A DNA stretch of 62,922 bases, the filler included, from Octopus bimaculoides (lineage: Eukaryota): the NCBI RefSeq assembly GCF_001194135.2. It is 5 parts of 5 records of this genome, joined end to end, with 100 filler letters (N's around TTAATTAATTAA, not from the genome) between each part and the next. Parts side by side here need not be neighbours in the genome. Positions count along the whole stretch, not along the records: positions 33,481 to 58,198 come from NC_069009.1; positions 58,299 to 60,628 come from NC_068985.1; positions 60,729 to 62,922 come from NW_026361917.1; 2 more parts are not named here. One strand, written 5' to 3'. A model generated the notes under the pieces. It did not search any database, was not told where the DNA came from, and was given only the letters and a program-made list of their open reading frames with translations. Position numbers and translations under genes: made by a program. Below are positions 50,111-61,556 of the stretch, in pieces. The stretch's first letter is position 1; each line of letters starts with the position of its first letter.

Positions 50111-50376
50111 GTACAAACAGACGACCCGTCGTCATCCTAGACAACGTTAGTGTGTTACTAACCATCGGTGTGCCTTTGTTGAAACTAGTCACTTTCTGCA
50201 ACACTCTGGTGGCGTCTGTGTGCAGACAGAAAGGTGGTACCCTCGTGACGCATTTGATCCTCAACGACGAAGATGAACAAGACCGGATGCTTCTCAAACA
50301 TCTTATATACAGCTGCGATTGCCACTTGCAGGTCACACCTCTCTCAACTGGACACTCTAACGACGTTCATGGCGAG
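50111..50376 (+). CDS. ELP6: Elongator complex protein 6, second coding exon
   Basis: TTTTATCTAG acceptor in phase with exon 1; PVVILDNVSVLLTIG...LQVTPLSTGHSNDVHGE (human recalled VLLVDDLSVLLSLG, GLATGFCRDVHGQ); donor |GTATGT phase 0. Confidence 0.92.
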
Positions 50377-51847
50377 GTATGTATATGGAGGGAGACGAGC
50401 TTGTTACAGGTTTATTTGTTAGCAAAGCGGGGTATTATGTTCTGTCTTTTGCTCATTTCGGTCGTGGGACCGTGGCCATGCTGGGGCACCTTCTCTTGAA
50501 GGTTTTAGTCAGACAAATTAATTCCCAGTACTTATTTTTAAAATCTGGTATTTATTCTATCATGCTCTTTTGCCGGACTGCTGATTTATGGGGATGTAAT
50601 CAAACCAACACCAATTATCAAGTGGCGGTGGGGGACAAATACACACACACACACACACACACTCATTTTCTTTTATCCTTTTGCTCGTTTCAGTCGTTTG
50701 ACTGTGGCCATGCTGTAGCACCAACTTAAAAGGTCTTAGTCGAACGAATTGACATCAGGACTTATTTCTTAAACCTTGTACTTATTCTATCAGTCTTTTT
50801 TGCTGAACGGGGATGTAAGCACACCAACATTGGTTCTCAAGTAGTGATGGGGGAAGAAAACACAGACACACATTATCATCATCATTGCTTAACGTCTGCT
50901 TTCCATGCTAGCATGGGTTGGACGGTTTGATTGGGGTCTGGGAAGCCAGAAGGCTGCACCAGGCTCCAATCTGATTTGGCAAAGTTTCTACAGCTGGATG
51001 CCCTTCCTAATGACAACCACTCTGATAGTGTAGTGAGTGCTTTTTACGTGCCACTGGCACAAGGGCTAGTTGGGCAGTACTGGCATCAACTACACTCAAA
51101 TGATGCATTTTACGTGACATCAGCACGGGAGCAAGTTAGGTGACACTGGCAATGACCACGCTCGAATGGTGCTTTCTACGTGCCACCGATACAGGAGCTA
51201 GTCAGGTGGCACTGGCAATGCCTACGCTCAAACGCTGCTTTTTCTATGCCACTGGCACAGAAGCCAATCAGGTGGTACTGGCATCGGCCACGACAATGTC
51301 ACACAAACATACATATATGTATATATATATTTACGATAGGGTTTCTTTCAGCTAACATCTATCAAATCCACTCACAAGGATTTGGTTGGCCCGAGGAAAC
51401 ACTTGCCCAAGCTGCCAACAATGCGGTTGGGAAACAAGCTTCTTACCACACAATCACTCCTGCACCTTTCAGGAAAGAATGATAGACTGGATACCCTGTA
51501 GTATTCATTCCAGCTCTTTGCACTCGGAGTTCAAATCCCACCACGGCTTACACATGTAACCCACCTGCCAGTTGAACACCAGCACTTGGTTGTTTTAGTG
51601 CCTTTAGCAGAGTTCGCTCTGCTGCCAGTATCAGGGTCATATCTACCTTCGTCCCTAAACCCCTCCCACTAGTCTTGGAGGCCCCGTGAAGGGTCACAGA
51701 CACTGCTCTGTCGCTTTTAATTGTCCCGTAACCCATGTACAACTAAGGGAGACAACTCTTATGTGTGAAAAGCGAAATTACTTCCCTTGGTTCTATTTAC
51801 CAAGGGAAGTAATTTAAAACTATTTACCGAGTTTTTAAGCTATGCCT

Positions 51848-52197
51848 GTGTTGACACTTCCAGTTGATCCGATCAACGGAACAGCCCGCTCGTGAAATTA
51901 ACGTGCAAGTGGCTGAGCACTCCACAGACACGTGTACCCTTAATGTAGTTTTCTCGGGGATATTCAGCGTGACACACAGTGTGACAAGGCTGACCCTTTG
52001 AATTACAGGCACAACAGAAACAGGAAGTAAAAGTGAGAGAAAGTTGTGGTGAAAGAGTACAGCAGGGTTCGCCACCATCCCCTGCCGGAGCCTCGTGGGG
52101 CTTTAGGTGTTTTCGCTCAATAAACACTCACAACGCCCGGTCTGGGAATTGAAACCGCGAATCCGCTGCCCTAACCACTGGGCCATTGCGCCTCCAC
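51848..52197 (-). mobile_element. SINE family A
   Basis: Reverse copy with small deletions in head and tail; possible TSD AAGCTAT. Confidence 0.88.
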
Positions 52198-52404
52198 AAA
52201 GCTATACGTTAACGTATGATTAATTCGAAACAATGTAAATATATATAAATAATTAAGCATTACCTTTGATAGAATAATTTGAATGCGGTCAGATCCAGCC
52301 TCACACGTCTACCTTATAATGTCAATCTAAAAATAGACGATTACATCATCGCAAACTTGAAGCTATGAGATAATGCATGATTAATTCAAAACGATTATTA
52401 TTTT

Positions 52405-52912
52405 GTTTCAGTCTCCTGGTTGTGGCCATGCTGCAGCACCGCCTTTTAGTCGAAGAAATCGACCCCAGGACCTTATTCTTTGTAAGCCTGGTGCTTATTC
52501 TATCGGTAACTTCTGCCGAACAGCTAAGTTAGGGAGATGTAAATACACCAACATTGGTTGCCAAGCGGTGGGGGGGGGGGCAACCACATAAATATATACA
52601 TACGCACACACACACATATATATATANNNNNNNNNNTATATATATATATATCATCATCATCATCATCATCATCGTTTAACGTCAGCTTTCCATGCTAGCA
52701 TGGGTTGGACGATTTGACTGAGGACTGGTGAAACCGGATACATATATACGACGGCTTCTTTCAGTTTCGGTCTACCAAATCCACTCACAAGGCTTTAGTC
52801 AGCCCGAGGCTATAGTAGAAGACACTTGCCCAAGGTTCCACGCAGTGGGACTGAACCCGGAACCATGTGGTTCGTAAGCAAGCTACTTACCAAACAGCCA
52901 CTCCTGCGCCTG
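52405..52912 (-). mobile_element. SINE family C with a family F fragment in its internal microsatellite
   Basis: C tail, TA run, (CAT)n plus F tail 52650-52740, then C head. Confidence 0.75.
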
Positions 52913-53388
52913 CGTGTGTATATATAATATTGTAAATTTNNNNNNNNNNNNNNNNNNNNNNNNNNNNNNNNNNNNNNNNNNNNNNNNNNNNNNNNNNNNN
53001 NNNNNNNNNNNNNNNNNNNNNNNNNNNNNNNNNNNNNNNNNNNNNNNNNNNNNNNNNNNNNNNNNNNNNNNNNNNNNNNNNNNNNNNNNNNNNNNNNNNN
53101 NNNNNNNNNNNNNNNNNNNNNNNNNNNNNNNNNNNNNNNNNNNNNNNNNNNNNNNNNNNNNNNNNNNNNNNNNNNNNNNNNNNNNNNNNNNNNNNNNNNN
53201 NNNNNNNNNNNNNNNNNNNNNNNNNNNNNNNNNNNNNNNNNNNNNNNNNNNNNNNNNNNNNNNNNNNNNNNNNNNNNNNNNNNNNNNNNNNNNNNNNNNN
53301 NNNNNNNNNNNNNNNNNNNNNNNNNNNNNNNNNNNNNNNNNNNNNNNNNNNNNNNNNNNNNNNNNNNNNNNNNNNNNNNNNNNNNNNN

Positions 53389-53681
53389 GAGCGAAAACAC
53401 CTAAAGCTCCATGAGGCTCAGACAGGGGATGGTGGCGAACCCTGCTGTACTGTTTCACCACAACTTTCTCTCACTCTTACTTCCTGTTTCTGTTGTGCCT
53501 GTAATTCAAAGGGTCAGCCTTGTCACCGTGTCACACTGAATATCCCCGAGAAGTACGTTAAGGGTACACGTGTCTGTGGAGTGCTCAGCCACTTGCACGT
53601 TAATTTCACGAGCAGACTGTTCCGTTGATCAGATCAACTGGAATCCTCGATGTCGTAAGCGACGGAGTGCCAACAACAACA
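53389..53681 (+). mobile_element. SINE family A (head in gap)
   Basis: Body and CAA tail match the consensus. Confidence 0.88.
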
Positions 53682-53717
53682 TCTTCTGATACTAACATAC
53701 TCAAACTTACATTTTTT

Positions 53718-54146
53718 AAAAGTGATCTGATTTAAAAACCTTCCATCAAAATTTCATGTTATCGTTCCAAATGAGTTATTTTACTAAATTCTTCATTATT
53801 CTCAAAATAATTGAAACAAGAGAAATATGGTAACAAAAGGGTTAAAGTAATCAAAATCAAAACCTTCAATTCAAAATTTCTTGTTAATTTATGTTCCAAA
53901 TACCAGCTTATTAATGAGTCATTTTACTAAACTCATTTTCAGAATTAATTGAAACAAAGGCTATGAATTTCAACAGAAATATGGTATCAAAAGGGTTCAA
54001 GTGATCTAAATAAAAACCCACCGTCAAAATTCCAGGTTAGTTTATATTCCAAACATTAGGTTAATAATAACAAAGTTATTTTACTAAATTTTTCATCATT
54101 TTCAAAATTAATTGAGACAAAAGCAGAGGATTTCAACAGAAATCTG
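53718..54146 (+). repeat. AT-rich tandem repeat, about 125-155-bp units, 3 copies
   Basis: GTTATTTTACTAAA, AATTGAAACAA and AGAAATATGGT..CAAAAGGGTT recur three times. Confidence 0.8.
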
Positions 54147-54340
54147 GTTCATTTTATTCTAATCCTGGTACTTGTTTTGTTTCATTTGCCAAAAAAGCTT
54201 AGTTATGGGGACATAAACACACCATCAACAGTTGTCAAGCAAGCAATGACAAGCTTCTTTTAGTTTCCATCTGCCAAATTCATATACAAAGCTTTGGTCG
54301 GCTTGAAACTATAATAGAAGAAACTTGCCCAAGATGCCAT

Positions 54341-54975
54341 ATAGTCCAAGATACACCATGCCTGAATAAAAGATGGGATGGTTACAGCCGGAGCATCTCT
54401 GATTGTAGGTCTGGTGGATCAGGACTGACCTGGGACTGAAAAAACAACTACNNNNNNNNNNNNNNNNNNNNNNNNNNNNNNNNNNNNNNNNNNNNNNNNN
54501 NNNNNNNNNNNNNNNNNNNNNNNNNNNNNNNNNNNNNNCATGCCTGAATAAAAGATGGGATGGTTACAGCCGGAGCATCTCTGATTGTAGGTCTGGTGGA
54601 TCAGGACTGACCTGGGACTGAAAAAACAACTACAGCCATTAATACGACTATACTGTACATTAGATATTGTAGTCCTAGATAGACGATGCCTGAATAAAAG
54701 ATGGGATGGTCACAGCTGGAAGATGTTTGATCAAAGGTCTACTGGATCCTGGACTGAGCTAGGATTACATAACATTGACAGCCACTAATACTGGATCAGG
54801 ACTGACCTGGGGCTAAATAACATCTATCATCACTAATATTAACTAGTGCTTGAAACATTAAATAATGTACTCCTAGATACACAATGCCTGAATAAAAAAG
54901 GATGATCATAGTTGAAACCTCTTTGATCGTGTCTGCAAGATCAAGACTAACACATCAGATAGTGTAGTCCAAGAT
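54341..54975 (+). repeat. Tandem copies of a dispersed repeat (TAGTCC.AGATACAC..TGCCTGAATAAAA...)
   Basis: Units at about 54341, 54670 and 54865; the 54539 unit duplicates 54359-54451 across a gap; a reverse copy lies at 10410-10510. Confidence 0.7.
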
Positions 54976-55014
54976 ACACTTTACTTTCTTTTACTTGTTT
55001 CTACCAAATCCACT

Positions 55015-55389
55015 AGTGGAGGCGCAATGGCCCGGTGGTTAGGGCAGTGGACTCGCGGTTATAGGATCGCGGTTTCGATTCCCAGACCGGGCGTTGTGAG
55101 TGTTTATTGAGTGAAAACACCTAAAAGCTCCACGAGGCTCTGGCAGGGGATGGTGGCGAACCCCTACTGTACTCTTCCACCACAACTTTCTCTCACTCTT
55201 ACTTCCTGTTTCTGTTGTACCTGTAATTCAAAGGGTCAGCCTTGTCACAATGTTTCACGCTGAATATCCCCGAGAACTACGTTAAGGGTACACGTGTCTG
55301 TGGAGTGCTCAGCCACTTGCACGTTAATTTCACGACCAGGCTGTTCCGTTGATCGGATCAACTGGAACCCTCGACGGAGTGCCAACAAA
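55015..55389 (+). mobile_element. SINE family A inserted into a family C copy, with 10-bp TSD
   Basis: CAAATCCACT at 55005-55014 and 55390-55399; host family C resumes at 55390. Confidence 0.92.
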
Positions 55390-55598
55390 CAAATCCACTC
55401 ACAAAGCGTTGGTTGGCTCAAGGCTAAAGTGGAAGATACTTGCCCAAGGTGCCACACAGTGGGACTGAACCCAGAACCATGTGGTTGGGAAGCAAGCATT
55501 TCTACCACACAGCTACACCTGTGCCTATACAACGTTAACAAGTAAAACATAATAATTAACAAGAAAAACCAGTTAAAAAATGAAACAAATGGTAATAT

Positions 55599-55604
55599 TT
55601 TATT
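55599..55604 (-). promoter_or_regulatory. Candidate poly(A) signal of TXNDC9
   Basis: AATAAA on the minus strand about 125 nt after the stop codon. Confidence 0.5.
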
Positions 55605-55727
55605 ATCAGAGCCTACCCCAGAGTAACGGAAGGGGACAGGAAAAAAAATTAAGAAGGGAGAGAGAGAAAGAGAGAAGGACAGACCCACCCCTTAGATGTG
55701 CCCCAAACCTGGTGGTTTTGACATCTG

Positions 55728-56366
55728 CTACCAATCGTCTTCACTGTCATCGTAGTCATCATCATTGTTGTTCCGAATTGTCTTGGATGTCTTTTTGATA
55801 TTAACTTTGGGTTTCAAAGGCCCGCCTATTACCGAAGGCATTTCTCCTTCGTAGTCGATCACCTTCGTCTGGCCCAGACGCCACTCCAGCGCCTCTGTCG
55901 GAAATTCGTCCGTGTTACCCAGCTCGGTGAAACCGCGGATGTGACAGACGGACTTGTTATCGACCACAACGTAGATGGTGGGCAAGATTTTGATTTTCAA
56001 GCGTTCCACAAGGAACGGGCATTTCTCGACGCTTAACTTTAGGAATCTGGCCTCCAAGTGTTGAGGAGCCAAAATCTTTAGGTGTTTGTCGACAATCTTA
56101 CATCGGAACGTCGACTCGCGGTAAAAATGGCACACGATACGTTTGCTTTTCTTGCACTCGTCAAAGAACTCTCGTTCACCAGCAATCTCCGTGTATTCGC
56201 CATGGCCCTGCTCTAACCATTCTTTTTGTTGTTGTTGCTTTTGTTTCAACTCCATCATGCGCTGTCTGCGAAGGACCATGAAGTCGTCCTCGTCCATGTT
56301 GTCCAGTTTCTGTAACTGAGCGTCCACATGGGTTTCAATCATCTCCACGGCCTTCATCAGTTGATC
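55728..56366 (-). CDS. TXNDC9: Thioredoxin domain-containing protein 9 (phosducin-like protein 3), main coding exon
   Basis: ATTCTCACAG acceptor, then DQLMKAVEMIETHVD...QKQEWL..GHGEY.EI..EREFF...K.S...VCHFYRESTFRCKIVDKHL..LA..HLE.RFLKL.VEK.PFL.ERL.IK..PT...GFTELGNTDEF.TE.LEWRL and an acidic tail. Confidence 0.95.
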   Translation of the reverse strand, partial: DQLMKAVEMIETHVDAQLQKLDNMDEDDFMVLRRQRMMELKQKQQQQKEWLEQGHGEYTEIAGEREFFDECKKSKRIVCHFYRESTFRCKIVDKHLKILAPQHLEARFLKLSVEKCPFLVERLKIKILPTIYVVVDNKSVCHIRGFTELGNTDEFPTEALEWRLGQTKVIDYEGEMPSVIGGPLKPKVNIKKTSKTIRNNNDDDYDDSEDDW

Positions 56367-56529
56367 CTGTGAGAATAAATTTTAAAAAGACATGAGAATA
56401 ATGATTAATTTAATTAATTAATTCTTACCAAGTTACAACAGGTATACAGTCCATTTTTTGTTCTATATTGCATTGTTATACCTTCCTAAACTTTTCTTTA
56501 CAAACAATACACAATGCTTCAAGCGAACT

Positions 56530-57725
56530 ACAATACTCTCCTATAATTAATTCTTGTTTTATTGGCCACAAGGGCTAATATAAATCAAAAAACATGTAAG
56601 GACAAAGACAGGGCAAAGGTTACAAAGGGTTTTGTCCAAAAAGAAAACGTTCATGTAAACAATAATAACAGCAAAAAATATAACAAATAAAACCCCCAAT
56701 AGGGGGAGGCGCTTTGAAAGGTTACACATGGAAAAACCCATAAAAGCCTGGTCAGAAAATAAGAAAGGGGGTAGAGAACCCCTTCTCCTTTTATATTACC
56801 TTTTTTTTTTTTTTTTTTTCTACAGGTGTATTCTCAGAATTGGTCCGTTTATACTGGCCATTCTTCCATCAGTCACCCACCTTGCAATAAATTTGCAATG
56901 AGACAGCACTTCCCTCTCTACTCTCATCTTCCTTTTCAAGTGGAACTTGAAAAAGTTGATGAGGCCTTGGCCAAAGAGGAAAGTGTCTGACTTTAGCCCT
57001 TTCAAACGTGTCCACCATACCACCTCTTTCGCTGCAGCCACTTGACATAGGAAAATTGCCTTGCCCTCCCGGTTAAAGGAGGTCGGCGGGTCAATCTTCG
57101 CTATGGATTCAGCTGATAGCCGGATCCGTTCTACACGTGACAGTAGCTGTTTGACATAAACCCACAGGTCAGCAATACTCGGGCACTGGACGAGTGCATG
57201 CAAAACGGTTTTGTTGCTCTGAGTGCACCTCTAGCAGGCCCGCCTGACGGCACTTTCATGCCGGTAGAGTTTATCTCAAACAGGCAACGCCCCTCAATAC
57301 AACTGCTAGGCGAGGGACCTTTGGAAGTTATCCATGGGCCCCAGCCCGAAAGTTCTTCCGAACAGACTGTTTAACTGATTATCTTTGACGCCTAGAGTTT
57401 CCCCAAGAACGTCGTTGCACTTTTCCTCCACTAAACCTCTATAGAACGCTAGAGTGGAACTACTACCAATCGCATTGCCCGTCTGGCTGAGAGCAGTGAG
57501 AGCTTGGCGGCACTCGAGATGCCAAGCACTCTTTCTCTGTCTACGTTTGATCCAAGATTGCAGCTCTGTTAAAGAGACAAGTGGCGGAAAATCGTGTCTG
57601 ACGAAACGCGACCACACCTTGTTCACCGTCCAGGAAATGCTCGAGATGCCGTAGCCTGAGTGCATGTCTGCGCATCAGCAACCACAGCATGCCAAGGTCT
57701 CCGTTCAGATCCTGCGAAGACTGAC
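56530..57725 (-). mobile_element. L1/Tx1-clade LINE, 3' 1.2 kb of ORF2 plus 3' UTR, degraded
   Basis: GALPV*DKL, C..C....TV.HALVQC zinc knuckle, AKEVVWWTR, ends RIHL*; T-rich 3' UTR with AATAAA (plus-strand TTTATT 56558-56563). Confidence 0.8.
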
Positions 57726-58198
57726 TTTGCTTTTCGTCTTTCTGGGGTTGATAAATTAACTACCAGTGAAACACTGGTTCAATGTAATGAACAAGTCCCT
57801 TTCCCAAAAATTTTCAGGGCCTTGTGCCTAGGGTAGAAATAGTTATTTCTTTATCATTAGCACGCCGGGCGAAATGCTTAGGAGTATTTCATCTGTCTGT
57901 ACGTTCTGAGTTCAAATTCTACTTTGCCTTTCAGCCTTTCGGAGTCGATAAATTAAGTACCAGTTATGCACTGGGGTTGATGTAATCGATTTAATCCCTT
58001 TGTTTGTCCCCTCTATGTTTAGCCCCTTGTGGGCAATAAAGAAATAAGAAATGTTAGCATGCCCAGTGAAATGCTTAGTGGTATTTCGTCTGCCTTTACG
58101 TTCTGAGTTCAACTCTGCCTCTCAGCCTTTCGGGGTCGATAAATAAAGGGCTGCCATGAGGGGGGAGGGGACGAGTTGATTACACTGGTACTTAATTT

Positions 58199-58298
58199 NN
58201 NNNNNNNNNNNNNNNNNNNNNNNNNNNNNNNNNNNNNNNNNNTTAATTAATTAANNNNNNNNNNNNNNNNNNNNNNNNNNNNNNNNNNNNNNNNNNNN
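58199..58298. other. Artificial scaffold join N44-TTAATTAATTAA-N44
   Basis: As for 27920-28019. Confidence 0.93.
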
Positions 58299-58609
58299 CA
58301 TAGGGTACGACCGTCCGATCGACGACTACCCTACATAGTAGTCTGGACCCCCTTGGGGTATGAGGGTCACCTAGAGCCTGACTATTCCGCCGGGCCCCGA
58401 CCCGCAAACTCGCGAATCGGGAATCGGGAATCGGGCCCCGTCACGGGTACGGTAGCGGCCGCGTGGCTCGTATCGCAGCGCCGACACGTCGGCCTTTCCA
58501 TCTAGCCGGCGGCCGTCCGCCGCCGAGGCGTCCGCATTCTCTTTACTCGCTGCCAATCGCTTCCCTCTCATTTTGGCTAACCACTCATCAATGTTCTCGA
58601 GTCCCTTTG

Positions 58610-58940
58610 AAAGGAGAGTGAGGGTGTAGAGTGAACTGCGACCTTCCGGTAAATTTGTTGAAAGGTAAGTGAATGTGACAGAAATGATCTGAATGAATTC
58701 TAAGCATGCACCTAAAGACTGAGGGAGGTGGATGAGGAGAGTACACTTGCCGTAGTGGTAGTTTGTGGGGGTTCTACGAGCATCCCTCGAGAAATTTTCT
58801 TGTTTGAATTTTTGTTTCTTTGTTTTTGTTATTTTACTCTTTACACACTTTCATGTAACCCCGCATCACATCATATTATATTGTATTCCGCATACCATAC
58901 TCGATTTGATTGTTAACCCTCAGAGGTTAATAAAGAAATA
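58610..58940 (+). mobile_element. L1/Tx1-clade LINE extreme 3' end
   Basis: Degenerate GKFVER*VNV...MN..SMHL resembles the ORF2 end of the 56530 element; followed by a T-rich UTR and AATAAA. Confidence 0.55.
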
Positions 58941-59339
58941 ATTATTACAATTATTCTTAGAAGGCAGCGAGCTGGCTGAATCGTTAGCACGATGGACAAA
59001 ATGCTTAGCGGTATTTCGCCTGTCGCTACGTTCCGAGTTCAAATTCCGTTGAGATCGACTTTGCCTTTCATCATTTTGTGGTCGATAAATTGAGTACCAG
59101 TCACAGTAGAAAGGATTATTATTAACGCTTACAGTAACAATAACAGAAACAGTAGCAGTAACATCAATTACAGCAGCACAGACAACAGCAGCAAATAAAA
59201 CAAATAACTCACCAACATCTATGACTTCCACACACCAGACAGCAAAAAAACAACGCCCCAAAGCAACAGCAACCTAAGCAACAAAGCACAACCTAAAAGC
59301 CCCACAAGATTTGCCTCTTTCCTCTTCCAAATACTCAGA

Positions 59340-59730
59340 CATATCCTGCGCGGAGTGGGAGAAAGAAAAGCCTGTCACTTGTCAGAGTCGTTAAGCAACT
59401 TGCGCTCGGTCCGCCAAGGATGCCCTCTCACCCCCCTTCTCTATGTTCTGACTCTCAAGCCACTACTGCGGAAGTTGGAGGCATTGAGGGGACATGCTCC
59501 GCGTGATCTAGGATGTGGGAAGAGCGTGTCTGCCTCCGCCGACGATGTCACCGTGATAGTGTCGAGCCACAGGCATATTAATCTGAATGGCGAAGCGGCG
59601 ACAGGGGCCAAAATTAACGCGGAAAAGTTGGTGGGCTTGCAACTCGGCACCTGGAGAGGCATGTCCATGCCGTCCAACAGTGTCGTGGAGCGCTGGACAG
59701 AGGGTCCGGTTAAATTGCTCGGGGTCCAAT
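59340..59730 (+). mobile_element. L1/Tx1-clade reverse transcriptase fragment
   Basis: RSVRQGCPLTPLLYVL.L.PLL, SADDVTV (YADD equivalent), ATGAKIN.EK, GPVKLLGV. Confidence 0.85.
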
Positions 59731-60225
59731 ATACCCATCATGACTACCCGTCTGATAACGGTACACCAGGCACATGCATCACAACCATATGTGTGCGACA
59801 TGGTGATCTCATATCAAGATAAACAGCACATGACTTCGCAGGTGGGACCCAGTTAGAATTTTCTTCGGCTCGAGTAGCCCATCCAGCTTAAAAGGTCCCT
59901 GAATAAGGTTTATTTAAGGATGTTGAGCAAAACACCCATGTTTCCAAAGGTGAATTATTCAAACCCCAAAGAATTCCTCTCAACACATGGCTATGATGCT
60001 TCCCCACTACTTCTGTTCATGATCAGAGATGCACATATCGTCAGCCACCAAGGGTCATGCTCAATTGGTTAAGGTCAAACAACTGACAAGCAAATCTGTG
60101 GTATTGAGCAGAATATTTGCTGTAGCCCATCTATTTATACAAAGACAAAACAATGTACATGGTAACACTTCCAATCATTTAAGATCAGAAGCCATGAGAG
60201 CCACTGCCTGGTACTGCATCCGGGC

Positions 60226-60228
<3 letters not shown>

Positions 60229-60280
<52 letters not shown>

Positions 60281-60628
60281 GCTCAGTAATTTTATTTTTA
60301 TAACGTGCTTTCATTTCACTACCGAGCGCAGCTCTGTGCGCCTTGGGTATGTGCTGTAGTTTGCTGTGGTGCTCTTATGGTTACTGTATTGAAAGTGCTC
60401 TGCGTAGGATCTGTGCAGTGCCCAGAAGTGCAATTTTCTGTATGTTATACATATTTGTAAGTCCTAGTGTTTTTGTTATGTATTTGTCTGAATATTTTTT
60501 TATTATACCTAAGGCACCTACTATAATAGGAATTGTTTCTGTTTTTAGATTCCACATTCGAGTTATCTCTATTTCCAGGTCTTTGTATTTTGAAAGTTCT
60601 TCCATTTCTTTTAGGGAAACGTTGTCAT
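60229..60628 (-). mobile_element. RLE-type LINE 3' end with (AAT)n tail
   Basis: LSKYKDLEIEITRMWNLKTETIPIIVGALGII...IQKIALLGTAQILRRALSIQ*, short UTR, TAA repeats. Confidence 0.85.
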
Positions 60629-60728
60629 NNNNNNNNNNNNNNNNNNNNNNNNNNNNNNNNNNNNNNNNNNNNTTAATTAATTAANNNNNNNNNNNNNNNN
60701 NNNNNNNNNNNNNNNNNNNNNNNNNNNN
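60629..60728. other. Artificial scaffold join N44-TTAATTAATTAA-N44
   Basis: As for 27920-28019. Confidence 0.93.
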
Positions 60729-61344
60729 ATATGCGTGTGTTTATATATGTATATGCACATATATTTATATGTGTGTAAGTGGGTGTGTATTTGTGTTCGA
60801 GAAAATGTATAGTCTAGTGTTTGTGTTGCTCCCACAATCTCATGACGGTGATTTCGATCCGCAGACTAGGCGGTGAATTTTGTTCTTGAGCCAAACCTTT
60901 TATTTTACTTGAGAGACGGGCATTCCACTCCCCTGTAAATGAGCAACACCACAGAGGACTGGCCCTCAATTTGGGGCCGTCCGTCCTTTGCTGCGATCTT
61001 GTACGCCATGGAAAGCACATAAAAGACGCTCTGACTCTCAAGACAGTACTTATATAGACATAGGCGCGGAGACGCGTAGCTTAGTGGCTAGGGCATACGA
61101 ATCACGATCGTAAGATCTTGGGTTCGATTCTAGGCGGCTTCTACGCGTGGGCAAGACAATTTATTTCACATTGCTCCAGTCTAGTCAACTAGCAAAAATG
61201 AGTTATACCTGTATTTTAAAGGGCCACCTGTTTCACACTATCTGCCGCGCTAAATGTTTCTCACAATTTATCCACGGGTAATGCCTAACTATGGAGCAAT
61301 CTATCTATATAACTGAATATCGTAACCGACATTGTCAATATAAT

Positions 61345-61556
61345 ATATACATAGGGAGAATTCACAAAAAAAAAACGGAGACTGGTGGTGTAGACAAAAA
61401 ACAGATGTATTACTATAACGTTTGGGAAGTGAAAAAGTCTTTAACGTTTCGAGCCTACGCTCTTCCACAGAAAGAAACAAGAAGAGCTTTGCTCGAAACG
61501 TAAAACATCCTTTCTTTCCTTCCCTGAGCGTCAATACTTTTTTCGAGTTAATTATA
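61345..61556 (+). mobile_element. Dispersed repeat, possibly Penelope-like LTR-derived
   Basis: Reverse partial copy at 43878-43981; contains facing ACGTTTCGAGC...GCTCGAAACGT motifs. Confidence 0.45.

Noticed and set aside
51548-51742. Candidate ELP6 last exon or independent ORF
   Set aside because: Plus-strand frames after the available AGs do not resemble the ELP6 C-terminus; the minus ORF has no recognisable motif.
54359-54633. Identical 93-bp direct repeat
   Set aside because: The copies sit on each side of an 87-N gap and are identical, so probably an assembly overlap rather than a real extra unit.
50875-54975. CRISPR-like regularly spaced repeats (66-bp, 125-155-bp and 151-bp periodicities)
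   Set aside because: Whole units are repeated and diverged, with no unique spacers and no cas genes; the context is eukaryotic.
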